From NCBI GenBank assembly GCA_051117555.1, contig JBNPEG010000032.1:3327-67326 (forward strand): DNA of 64,000 nucleotides, written 5' to 3'. This document shows, piece by piece, positions 27,116 to 35,860 of this stretch. The notes under the pieces are model-generated. The model made no database searches. It saw only the letters and a program-made list of their open reading frames with translations, and had not been told where the DNA came from. Positions within the stretch are counted from its first letter, which is position 1. Each line of letters starts with the position of its first letter. The stretch is from Elainellaceae cyanobacterium. Its GTDB lineage: Bacteria > Cyanobacteriota > Cyanobacteriia > CAZCXK01. The translations under genes and the position numbers were made by a program.

Positions 27116-28252
27116 TTGAGCAAGTATGGGGAGTTTTACAAACATTGGGCGATCGCCTTTTCTGGGGGCAAAGACAGCACGGCGACTGTGACCCTGGTGG
27201 CGCATCTGCTGGAAACGGGACGCATTCCCAGACCTGAATCTATCACCGTTCTCTATGCAGATACTCGTCAGGAGTTGCCGCCCCTCCACACTGCGGCGAT
27301 GAGCATTATGGGGGAACTGCGGCAGCGGGGGTTTGATACCCGTGTGGTGTTGCCAGAGATGGACCAGCGCTATTTCGTCTACATGCTGGGTCGGGGGGTG
27401 CCGCCTCCGTCGAATACGTTCCGCTGGTGTACGCCGAAGCTGAAGGTGATGAGCATGGAGCGGGAGTTGGAGACGCTGCGCCAGGAGCGGGGCGAGAAGT
27501 TTTTGATGCTGACGGGGGTGCGGATTGGGGAGAGTGCCGCACGGGATCAGCGAATTTCGATGAGTTGCACGAAGGATGGCGGCGAGTGTGGACAGGGCTG
27601 GTTTCAGCAGAGTTCGTCGAATGCGGTAGCGGATACCCTTGCGCCGATTGTCCACTGGCGGGTTTGCCATGTGTGGGACTGGCTGATGTTTGAGGCTCCG
27701 ATGATGGGGTTCTCGACGGATGCTATTGCCAAAGTTTACGGGCAGGATACGGCTGAAGGAGAAGAACCGATCAATGCTCGAACGGGCTGCATTGGGTGTC
27801 CTCTAGTGCAGAAGGATGCGGCCTTGGATCGGGTGGTGACACAGCCAGAGTGGGCCTATCTGGCTCCGTTGCAGAGGCTCAGGCCACTGTATTGGGAGAT
27901 TAAGAAGCCTCAATATCTTCTTCGGAAGCATGGGGAGATTCGGAAGGCGGCGACGAAGTATATTGGCAGGAATCGGTTGGGGCCACTGCATTTAGATGCC
28001 CGTCGCTGGTTGCTAGGAGAGGTGTTAGCGGTTCAGGATGAGGTGAATCAAGCGGCAAGAAAGCAGGGCATGCCTGAGATGGTTTTGATTAATGATGAGG
28101 AACTGGCTCGCATCGAGGAGTTGATTGCGGCGAATACGTGGCCGAATCAGTGGGATGGGACTGAGGTGCGGGGAGATGCGCTGTTGCCGGAGATTTTGCC
28201 GGATGGCAATGTTCAGCAGCTTTTGCTTGAGGATGATGGGCTTTGGGGTTAG
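27116..28252 (+). CDS. dndC: DndC-like PAPS-reductase-family protein (DNA phosphorothioation sulfurtransferase-like)
   Basis: PP-loop AFSGGKDSTA, FRWCTPKLK, GVRIGESAARD, Cys cluster CTKDGGECGQGW and ARTGCIGCP, and GPLHLDARRWLL. It has only a TTG start and about 15 aa before the PP-loop, so the N-terminus may be truncated. Confidence 0.65.
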   Translation: MSKYGEFYKHWAIAFSGGKDSTATVTLVAHLLETGRIPRPESITVLYADTRQELPPLHTAAMSIMGELRQRGFDTRVVLPEMDQRYFVYMLGRGVPPPSNTFRWCTPKLKVMSMERELETLRQERGEKFLMLTGVRIGESAARDQRISMSCTKDGGECGQGWFQQSSSNAVADTLAPIVHWRVCHVWDWLMFEAPMMGFSTDAIAKVYGQDTAEGEEPINARTGCIGCPLVQKDAALDRVVTQPEWAYLAPLQRLRPLYWEIKKPQYLLRKHGEIRKAATKYIGRNRLGPLHLDARRWLLGEVLAVQDEVNQAARKQGMPEMVLINDEELARIEELIAANTWPNQWDGTEVRGDALLPEILPDGNVQQLLLEDDGLWG

Positions 28253-28346
28253 TATTTGCTTTTTGGGTTGAAGCGTTATCGAAATGAATAAAGATTATGG
28301 AAGTTGCTGCTGCAGAGAAAAGCATGTGCAGTAGAAAACAAATTCA

Positions 28347-29459
28347 TTACTCAGTAACGACTACACTAAAACCTACAAACTCATTACTATACGGCGGATG
28401 TTCAAAACCGACTCGCAGTTCTCCAACGTTTTCTGCTTCCATTGAGAGCCCAGGCCCTTCAATCCCAGAAACTGGGCTTGTAAGATGAACATCTCCCATC
28501 ATTGTGCGGCTAGAAGCAGTAGACTTATCTCTCTCTTGATCTCTAATTAAGTAAAGACGCTGCCCCACTTTCAAGTGAATTTCTTCACTTGTCAGAGTAT
28601 CGAAAGGTTTCGGGGTTCCTTCCAAATCGGTAAATGCATTGCCATTTTCATCCCACCAATATTTCACAATCAGAGCATTAGAAGGAAAAGCGCTGTCCCT
28701 CTCCTTTAAGAACTTGTCGCCATTCCAGCGGTAACGCCAAAGAATATCGCCTTCTTCGACTACCAATCCGTTTTCAGTAGGGTAGACACTACCCATAAAA
28801 AAAGGTCCATCCGTATCTGAACTGCTCAAGAGTACTTTGATATTACTGTTAAAGCCATTTTGATTGTTTGGATCAACAAAACCACCTATAAGTTTTTGGA
28901 AGACATTTCTTTCCTGATATCCTAACAACCAAAAATCGAGGAACCCCCCGCTTCCGCAGGTTTGCTGAATGAGTACTTGCTTAGAGCCATTCTCCATAAC
29001 TTCCACTTCTTCAGCATCAAATGGGCAACCTTCTGTGAAGGATTTTTGAAAAGCCTTTACCCATTCGCCTTCCTGGCATCCAAGAACAATAAGATCAGAA
29101 ACTTTATGAAACTCATCCCCCTGCGTGAAAGAAATGAGTTTTGTTTCCTCATATGAATCTACATTGAGATCAAAATCTTCATCCAAATTATGCCTTATCA
29201 ATCCACCACTCGGAACGTATTCACTTGGTGGAATACAGCTATTTGTTAATTCCTTTTCAATTCGCTCGCTTATTTGAAAAATCTGTAGTTCAGGGAGAGT
29301 CACTAACAGTAACAAAAGAGATGTGCCTGCCACCGAAAGCACAACTTTAACTTTGCCTGGATTTCCGGAGAGCCAGCCTTTTTCTCTCGCGAGGTCGTAA
29401 TACCAGTTTGTAACTAATCCCAAGAAAAATGAGGCTATTGTTGCTATGAGAATCTGCAT
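28347..29459 (-). CDS. AT-rich ORFan: two N-terminal TM helices plus a 300-aa domain of unknown function
   Basis: 370 aa with an ATG start 8 nt from the IS end. Its composition is visibly more AT-rich than its neighbours. No motif was recognised. Confidence 0.5.
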   Translation of the reverse strand: MQILIATIASFFLGLVTNWYYDLAREKGWLSGNPGKVKVVLSVAGTSLLLLLVTLPELQIFQISERIEKELTNSCIPPSEYVPSGGLIRHNLDEDFDLNVDSYEETKLISFTQGDEFHKVSDLIVLGCQEGEWVKAFQKSFTEGCPFDAEEVEVMENGSKQVLIQQTCGSGGFLDFWLLGYQERNVFQKLIGGFVDPNNQNGFNSNIKVLLSSSDTDGPFFMGSVYPTENGLVVEEGDILWRYRWNGDKFLKERDSAFPSNALIVKYWWDENGNAFTDLEGTPKPFDTLTSEEIHLKVGQRLYLIRDQERDKSTASSRTMMGDVHLTSPVSGIEGPGLSMEAENVGELRVGFEHPPYSNEFVGFSVVVTE

Positions 29460-29466
29460 TAATATC

Positions 29467-30381
29467 AGAGGGTGTTTGAAAAGTTAGGAACAGTCAGAAT
29501 TTACGCCAAGCGCCTCACCATGATACGGATCATGGCTAAGTAGATAAAGGTTTCCGAAGTTTGAGGTAGAAGTTCATAATCTCTGACTAATCGACGGCAT
29601 CCCATCAACCACCCAAACGTTCGTTCCACAACCCATCGTTTCTTCAGCAGGACAAAGCCCTTGCTTTGCTCGGGTCGCAGAACGACTTGCACAATCCACC
29701 GACAGACGTCCATCACCCAACACATGAAAGGGGCACCGTCAAAGCCACCATCTACCCAAAGAGTGTGCAATCGAGAGACTCTAGGACCCATGCGTTTCAC
29801 TCGCTTAAGGACTTGCCTACCCCTTTGACGCTCTCCAACGCTGGCGGCAGTGACCAACACCCGTAAGACCAAACCTAGAGTATCGACCGTCATGAACCGT
29901 TTTCGCCCCTTAATCTGCTTGGCAGGGTCATAGCCGACTGCTTGGTGAACCCCTGCGGCACTCTTGACACTTTGACTATCGAGCACCGCTTCCGATGGAC
30001 TTGGGTAACGATTGGCTTCGATGCGGTTCCACTCCCGTAGATAATCATGGATGACAAGCCAGGTGCCGTCCTTGCGCCAGTTGCGAAAGTAGGTGTAGAC
30101 CGTTTGCCAAGCTGGAAAGTCTCCTGGCAACGCGCGCCAGCGCACCCACTCGACCAGAACGTAGAAAATGGCGTTGAGTACCTCCCACATGTTAACACTA
30201 CGAGGACGTCCACCCGGTTTGGGGTCCGGGATAAGGTCACTGAGAAACTCGTACTGGGCACGGGTCAGGTTGCTGGGGTAATCTTTACTCATGGCTCACT
30301 CGGTGCTGTGTTTTTTTTGCTATTTGCAGCTTACGCTGAGTGAGCTTTTTTACTGGTTAACCGACTTTTAAAACATCCTCT
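29467..30381 (-). mobile_element. IS5-family insertion sequence (about 915 bp)
   Basis: The terminal inverted repeats are AGAGGGTGTTTGAAAAGT (29467-29484) and ACTTTTAAAACATCCTCT (30364-30381), matching at 16 of 18 positions. They enclose a single transposase ORF. No obvious target-site duplication. Confidence 0.75.
29501..30292 (-). CDS. IS5-family DDE transposase (DUF4096 N-domain plus DDE_Tnp_1-like)
   Basis: 263 aa: LTRAQYEFLSDLIP...GRPR...WRALPGDFP.WQTVYTYFRNWRKDG...DSQSVK...VDGGF...VVERTFGWL. Confidence 0.85.
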   Translation of the reverse strand: MSKDYPSNLTRAQYEFLSDLIPDPKPGGRPRSVNMWEVLNAIFYVLVEWVRWRALPGDFPAWQTVYTYFRNWRKDGTWLVIHDYLREWNRIEANRYPSPSEAVLDSQSVKSAAGVHQAVGYDPAKQIKGRKRFMTVDTLGLVLRVLVTAASVGERQRGRQVLKRVKRMGPRVSRLHTLWVDGGFDGAPFMCWVMDVCRWIVQVVLRPEQSKGFVLLKKRWVVERTFGWLMGCRRLVRDYELLPQTSETFIYLAMIRIMVRRLA

Positions 30382-30509
30382 AAACAGTTTGTTTTACTTG
30401 GGTTTAACGAGGAATGGAATTCAGGAACAAGAATAAAGTAGAAACATTAAATTGCATCTCCGCTGTAAGAGCTACTTATACATACTGATGAATTTAGAAA
30501 TTTATCAGT

Positions 30510-30824
30510 TTAGAAATCGCGGCAATGCCAAAATGGCAGGCGATCGCGCACTACCTGCTCTAGTTCTTGTTCTAACTCTCGCAGCAATGCCTTCTCAATA
30601 ATTTGCTCCCGCTGCTGAAGTCCTTGGGCGATCGCCTCAATATTCTCATCTGATAACTTGGGCGACGTTACCAGGCGCATCTGTCCACCCGAACGGATGA
30701 AGGCAGTAAGCCCGATGGATACTGCCGCCATTGATGTACTGGAGAAGAACCCGACCGCAGCGACTTCTTGAGCCTCTTTCAGCACCTTCTCTCGCAGGGT
30801 CTGCTGGTATTCGTAGTCAATCAT
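30510..30824 (-). pseudogene. N-terminal stub (about 104 aa) of a PLD-like-domain / helicase-type defence protein, cut off next to the IS
   Basis: MIDYEYQQTLREKVLKEAQEVAAVGFFSSTSMAAVSIGLTAFIRSGGQMRLVTSPKLSDENIEAI resembles the N-terminal module of about 1000-aa PLD/DEAD-box helicase proteins. The frame ends 128 bp from the IS end. Confidence 0.45.
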
Positions 30825-30834
30825 GATTTCAATC

Positions 30835-31407
30835 TCACACTCTTTCCCCGATCGCCTCGACAATTTGGTGAACTGCTCTGACCTTTTTTTCATAGTCAGT
30901 CTCACTCAGCACAGGGTCAAATTCCGAAATTGTAATCGGTTCGTTTAATTTAATCCAAGAGCGGCAGCCACCATAGTTGGAATGGTAGGAAATAGTTTGA
31001 GGCGTTGATAGTCGAAAGACTCGCAGCAGCAATAGATATAGCGGCGATTGGGGTTTCCACTTTAATCGTTCCGAGACAAATTTCTCTGTCCAGATATGCA
31101 GAGGACGCAGTGCCTCAACCGTTTCGGCATCGAATATTTGAAAAACATGCGTGATATCTGCCCACGCCCGAATGGAGACGGTTTCAGGATGCCAGCCAGG
31201 TTCTACTGAGGTTACAGAATCCGCATACTCGGCTTTGAGGAGATCGGGGCGCTGATGTTCATATGTGGGATACAGCCAAACTTGCCGATGAGGAAACTTA
31301 AAGGAATCGCCTTTTTCGCGGATTCCTCCTTTCCTCAGCACAATAATCATCTCTCCTTGCGCCAATGAATTGACTGCAACCGCCCATTCTTTCAATGCGT
31401 GTTGCAT
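30835..31407 (-). CDS. DUF1802-family protein
   Basis: MQHALKEWAVAVNSLAQGEMIIVLRKGGIREK...WLYPTYEHQ is the DUF1802 pattern as I recall it. The stop lies 11 nt before the start of the following stub. Confidence 0.6.
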   Translation of the reverse strand: MQHALKEWAVAVNSLAQGEMIIVLRKGGIREKGDSFKFPHRQVWLYPTYEHQRPDLLKAEYADSVTSVEPGWHPETVSIRAWADITHVFQIFDAETVEALRPLHIWTEKFVSERLKWKPQSPLYLLLLRVFRLSTPQTISYHSNYGGCRSWIKLNEPITISEFDPVLSETDYEKKVRAVHQIVEAIGERV

Positions 31408-31465
31408 GGTTGTCCTTGCGATGACCTTCGTATTCAATCCTAACGAGGAATTGTCAGGAGTTGGC

Positions 31466-32053
31466 TTATCGCTGACGCACAAAAATCTGAGTGAAGTAAT
31501 ATCCTCCGTCGTCACTTCTAGCCACTCCGATGCCGGTCAGATCGTAATTTCCTTCGATATTCTGACGATGTCGGGTGCTTTCAAGCCAGCCGTTCACCGC
31601 TCGATCGGCAGGGCTGCCATAGCCTTGATTGAACGCTACGTTTTCTGCGGCTCCGCCATAGGAAATCTCCTGAGAGATGACCTCAATGCGTTCGTCAAAC
31701 CCATCATGGCTAAAGGGAACCTGACCACTTGCCATCGCTTCACTGTGCTGCTGGGCTTGCTGGCTAATGGTGGCGCTGGGTTCTAAGGGAGGTAAATTTT
31801 GGCGATCGCGATACTGATTGATTTGAGACAAAATTTCTTGCTCGATGCCGGAAAACTGGCTCGTCTTTAACGGAGAGCGTTCCAAAAATTGAGCTTTACG
31901 ACTCGCAATATCAGATAGCGATCGCTCCAGCAAGGACATCGAAGGCTGCTTGGGTTCTTCATAGGCAATCGACTGAACCGTATCAATGCTCAGCAACCCA
32001 ATTGTAATAACTAGCGCATTTGCGATTGCGCCTGCAACAGTTGATCGAACCAT
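31466..32053 (-). CDS. CAP / SCP / PR1-like (YkwD-type) secreted protein
   Basis: N-terminal signal or anchor. CAP motifs are QINQYRDRQNLPPL, HSEAMA, GENVAFNQGY, GWLESTRHRQNI and GIGVA...YYFTQIF. Confidence 0.8.
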   Translation of the reverse strand: MVRSTVAGAIANALVITIGLLSIDTVQSIAYEEPKQPSMSLLERSLSDIASRKAQFLERSPLKTSQFSGIEQEILSQINQYRDRQNLPPLEPSATISQQAQQHSEAMASGQVPFSHDGFDERIEVISQEISYGGAAENVAFNQGYGSPADRAVNGWLESTRHRQNIEGNYDLTGIGVARSDDGGYYFTQIFVRQR

Positions 32054-32231
32054 GACTCACACACCACACACTGACGAAGAGTGCCTTACTCTATTTAGAC
32101 TGGATATGCAACTTGGAGTTCCCCAGTGTGATCAAAGTCTTGATGAGATGTTAAGAGAGGATAGATTCGATAGGGGGATAGCACGAAGCGGTTAGTAATT
32201 AGCGGTGAGTCGTCAGCGGTCAGCGCGACTT

Positions 32232-32255
32232 CCAGCGTGTGAATCCACACGCTGG
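32232..32255 (-). terminator. Perfect 10-bp hairpin about 36 nt downstream of trpB
   Basis: CCAGCGTGTG-AATC-CACACGCTGG. There is no clear U-tract. Confidence 0.4.
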
Positions 32256-32290
32256 TAAGGACCGGTCAGTTGTTGAGGCTGTCTTATTAG

Positions 32291-33562
32291 CTACTCGGTT
32301 TCTTCTAAATATTTTGCGACAGTTTGCACATCTTTATCGCCTCGACCTGAGCAGTTGATGACGATGCGAGGACTGCCCGAAAGCTGAGGGCATAAGGTTT
32401 CTAAGTAGGCGATCGCATGCGCCGTTTCCAATGCAGGGATGATGCCTTCTAAACGAGACAGGCGTTGAAACGCATCCACAGCTTCTCGGTCAGTGACGCT
32501 GTAGTATTCACCACGCCCTGATGACTTCAAGTAGCTGTGCTCAGGACCAACCCCCGGATAGTCAAGCCCCGCACTAATCGAATGAGCTTCGAGCACTTGC
32601 CCATCTTGGTCTTGCAATAAATAGCTCATGGCGCCATGCAGCACGCCGACACGCCCACGAGTCAAGGTTGCCGCATGGCGTTCAGACTGGACACCTTCAC
32701 CCCCTGCTTCAACCCCAATTAGACGGACAGATGAGTCATTCACAAACTCATGAAATAGCCCCATTGCATTGGAGCCACCGCCCACGCAGGCGAGAAGAAT
32801 GTCGGGTAAGCCTTCCCACTTCTCTTGACATTGGGTTCGTGTTTCTTGCCCAATGATGGCATGAAAATCTCTTACCATCATTGGATACGGGTGAGGACCT
32901 GCCACTGACCCTAAGATATAGTGCGTTGTTTCAACATTCGTGACCCAATCACGAATTGCTTCTGACGTTGCATCTTTGAGCGTTCCATTTCCAGCTTCGA
33001 CTGGATGCACCTCCGCGCCCATGAGCCTCATCCGAAATACATTAAGCGACTGTCGCTCCATGTCGTGAACGCCCATATAAATCACGCAGTCTAAGCCAAA
33101 CCGCGCACACACGGTTGCTGTAGCAACACCATGCTGCCCCGCGCCTGTTTCTGCAATGATGCGCTGTTTGCCCATGCGCCTTGCCAGTAGAACCTGTCCT
33201 ACTGCGTTGTTGATTTTGTGGGCACCCGTATGGTTTAAGTCTTCTCGCTTTAGAAAAATCTGAGGCCCCGAACCATCCGGTTTGGCGTAGCGTTCGGATA
33301 ACCTCTCTGCAAAATAGAGAGGTGTTGCTCGTCCTACATAGTCACGCAACAGGGCTTGTAGTTCTTTCTGAAAATCAGCATCATCGCGATATTGATAGAA
33401 TGCGGCTTCTAATTCGCTCAATGCGGGCATCAGTGTTTCAGGAACATACTTGCCCCCAAACTGCCCAAATCGCCCAAGCATGTCAGGACGCCGAGCAGCA
33501 GACGTTGCTGATGGAGCGGAGTTCATCACAGATTGGCTTGGGGTAAAGGGAGTTTGTGTCAC
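32291..33562 (-). CDS. trpB: Tryptophan synthase beta chain
   Basis: Motifs [26 protein letters not shown] and GGGSNAMG. 423 aa. Confidence 0.95.
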   Translation of the reverse strand: MTQTPFTPSQSVMNSAPSATSAARRPDMLGRFGQFGGKYVPETLMPALSELEAAFYQYRDDADFQKELQALLRDYVGRATPLYFAERLSERYAKPDGSGPQIFLKREDLNHTGAHKINNAVGQVLLARRMGKQRIIAETGAGQHGVATATVCARFGLDCVIYMGVHDMERQSLNVFRMRLMGAEVHPVEAGNGTLKDATSEAIRDWVTNVETTHYILGSVAGPHPYPMMVRDFHAIIGQETRTQCQEKWEGLPDILLACVGGGSNAMGLFHEFVNDSSVRLIGVEAGGEGVQSERHAATLTRGRVGVLHGAMSYLLQDQDGQVLEAHSISAGLDYPGVGPEHSYLKSSGRGEYYSVTDREAVDAFQRLSRLEGIIPALETAHAIAYLETLCPQLSGSPRIVINCSGRGDKDVQTVAKYLEETE

Positions 33563-33663
33563 GGGTGGCTCAACCTGAATTCAATATCAACATGAAATAA
33601 TTAAGTTAGCCTTCATTATAAAGAGATTTAAGGGCTAATCCCGGAGAATATGGAGTCTTTCTG

Positions 33664-34032
33664 ATGGCGAAACCAAAACGGTCAAATTCGCAAAACGCCA
33701 AAGGGGACTATCGAGTCGCCTATTCTGAATTTGGATCAACAAATTCTCCTGCTTTAGAACGAGCCGTTCCAGACCTTCCGCCTAATCAACAAACTATTCG
33801 AGTTCAAGCATCACGCAAGGGACGCAAAGGCAAAACTGTCACTGTCATTTCTGGATTTCAGTCTAAACCAGATACGTTAACTGCTCTCATGAAGCAGCTC
33901 AAGTCCCAGTGTGGTGCGGGCGGTACGGTAAAAGATAATGAAATTGAGATTCAAGGCGATCATGCCTCAAAGATTTTAGACATTTTGGCCAAGCTGGGCT
34001 ATAAGGCGAAGATCAGCGGTGGCAACGGTTGA
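33664..34032 (+). CDS. SUI1/YciH-family translation initiation factor
   Basis: Motifs RKGRKGKTVTVISGF and LKSQCGAGGTVKDNEIEIQGDH. Confidence 0.85.
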   Translation: MAKPKRSNSQNAKGDYRVAYSEFGSTNSPALERAVPDLPPNQQTIRVQASRKGRKGKTVTVISGFQSKPDTLTALMKQLKSQCGAGGTVKDNEIEIQGDHASKILDILAKLGYKAKISGGNG

Positions 34033-34141
34033 TTGGTTAGGGCGATGTTTCGCATTAATATCCTGCCCGGATAAAAAACGCCAGGATGCAAAAATTGCTC
34101 AGCCTCCCTATTCTTGAATAGGGAGCCGTTAGGATGATGAC

Positions 34142-35116
34142 ATGGTCAGAATACAGCCAGAGTTGGAGAACCCACCATCTCAGCGCAATTCGCAAGGGCG
34201 ATCGCTTACGATTGCGGTCGTCGGAGATGTTCATAATGATTGGGATGCGACGGAAGATGAAGCTGCCCTTCGGCATCTCGGTGTAGATTTGGTTCTACTG
34301 GTAGGCGATTTTGGGAATGAAGCGGTTGATGTGGTAAGGGCGATCGCCAATTTAGATCTCCCCAAGGCGGTGATTTTAGGAAATCACGATGCTTGGTACA
34401 ACGCGACTCAGTGGGGCCGAAAAAAATGTCCGTATGACGTCCAGCGTGAAAACTGGGTGCAGCAGCAGCTTGACTTGCTGGGTGAAACCCATGTGGGGTA
34501 TAGCAAACTTGATTTTTCAGATCTCAATTTGACGGTTGTTGGAGGTCGTCCCTTTAGCTGGGGTGGCTCATCGTGGAAACACGAAGATTTTTACCGCGAC
34601 TGGTATGGCGTTGAAAATTTCGATGAATCTGTTAACCGGATTATGGCTGCGGTGAATGATGCAGCGCATGAGACGCTAATTTTTATTGGGCATTGCGGAC
34701 CCTCCGGGTTGGGCGATCGCCCCGAAGACCCCTGTGGTCGAGATTGGAAACCGCTGGGTGGCGATTTTGGCGATCCAGATTTAGCTGAGGCGATCGCCCA
34801 GTCCCGGACATTAGGGAAACACATTCCGCTAGTCACCTTTGGGCATATGCACCATCGACTTCGGCATACCAAAGACTGTCTCCGCAAAATGATCGACACC
34901 GACGCAGATAATACGGTGTATTTGAATGCGGCAAGTGTTCCTCGAATCATTAAAACTAGCGCAGGTGAGCGGCTACGAAATTTTTCATTAGTCACTTTGG
35001 AGCAGGGAACAGTTTCCAACACCTCTCTGGTGTGGGTTAATCAAGATTTTGAGATCCGATCAGAGCACGTTCTTTATCAAAAATCTCAGCCCACGGCTCA
35101 GTTTGCGTCGATATGA
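34142..35116 (+). CDS. Calcineurin-like metallophosphoesterase (cyanobacterial TIGR04168-like)
   Basis: Motifs VVGDVHND, LVGDFGNE, GNHDAW and GHMHH. Confidence 0.75.
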   Translation: MVRIQPELENPPSQRNSQGRSLTIAVVGDVHNDWDATEDEAALRHLGVDLVLLVGDFGNEAVDVVRAIANLDLPKAVILGNHDAWYNATQWGRKKCPYDVQRENWVQQQLDLLGETHVGYSKLDFSDLNLTVVGGRPFSWGGSSWKHEDFYRDWYGVENFDESVNRIMAAVNDAAHETLIFIGHCGPSGLGDRPEDPCGRDWKPLGGDFGDPDLAEAIAQSRTLGKHIPLVTFGHMHHRLRHTKDCLRKMIDTDADNTVYLNAASVPRIIKTSAGERLRNFSLVTLEQGTVSNTSLVWVNQDFEIRSEHVLYQKSQPTAQFASI

Positions 35117-35158
35117 CTCAGGGTGAGTTAATATATCTCAGGTTATGATAGAGAACCT

Positions 35159-35243
35159 GGAGAGGTGGCAGAGTGGTCGAATGCGCTCGACTTGAAATCG
35201 AGTGTGCCGAGAGGCACCGTGGGTTCGAATCCCACCCTCTCCG
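35159..35243 (+). tRNA. tRNA-Ser (anticodon UGA)
   Basis: GGAGAGGTGGCAGAGTGGTCGAATGCGCTCGACTTGAAATCGAGTGTGCCGAGAGGCACCGTGGGTTCGAATCCCACCCTCTCCG has a long variable arm, consistent with a class II tRNA. Confidence 0.95.
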
Positions 35244-35340
35244 TATTAGAGCCTTACGCTCTCGCGCTAGGTCGCTGAACATGTATAGGCCCCACGCGCC
35301 GCGCGGGTTCTATACAGCAAATCTGAGCCCGTAGGGCTTT
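35244..35340. repeat. Dispersed repeat family, copy b (full length, about 95 bp), abutting the tRNA-Ser 3-prime end
   Basis: About 85% identical by eye to 53653-53747. It contains a GC-rich palindrome and AAATCTGAGCCCGTAGGGCT. Confidence 0.85.
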
Positions 35341-35776
35341 AATCAGAAGCTTTCACAATTCGAGGGAATGTTGACACTGACTCTGAGGTCTCTGTGAGGT
35401 CTAGGTCTGGATGGTTCGCAGCCTGCAGAAATTTTTCATTTAAATCAGAGATGCAGTCAGGTCCGTTTTGCTGCAACATCGTCAATATCGAAACGCTTTG
35501 GTTTAGTAAATGCTCAACATTAATGCCGAAGTATGAGGGTTGATAAGATTTCAGCCGATTAACGCCCTCTCCAAGCAAGATGACTGTTCCTTTCCAGTTG
35601 TCGTTACCCATGTGGTAAAACGCGACTGCGATTTGTAGAATTCCTTGATAAAACGTGCGTTCTGATTGCTCAGCGTCCATCCAAAGTGCTTCTAGGGTAT
35701 CGTGGCACCCATAGAAATCTCGTTGATTGAACTGCTCTATCCCTAACCAGAAAGCGGGAGGAATATTGGGCTCCAT
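35339..35776 (-). CDS. DUF309-domain protein
   Basis: FNQRDFYGCHDTLEALWMD....FYQGILQIAVAFYH matches the DUF309 pattern. Confidence 0.7.
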   Translation of the reverse strand: MEPNIPPAFWLGIEQFNQRDFYGCHDTLEALWMDAEQSERTFYQGILQIAVAFYHMGNDNWKGTVILLGEGVNRLKSYQPSYFGINVEHLLNQSVSILTMLQQNGPDCISDLNEKFLQAANHPDLDLTETSESVSTFPRIVKASD

Positions 35777-35804
35777 AAATGCCGGGTGATGGATACAACT
35801 CCAT

Positions 35805-35860
35805 CTATTGTATGGGCGCTATTGTATGGGCGCTATTGTATGGGCGCTATTGTATGGGCG
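35805..35860. repeat. 14-bp tandem repeat x4 (CTATTGTATGGGCG)
   Basis: Read directly. The last unit supplies the final codons and the stop of the DUF58 gene. Confidence 0.9.

Noticed and set aside
27020-27670. A 216-aa ORF antisense to the 5-prime half of the dndC-like gene.
   Set aside because: It has an Arg/Pro/His-rich low-complexity composition typical of a shadow ORF opposite a real gene. The sense strand has clear PAPS-reductase motifs.
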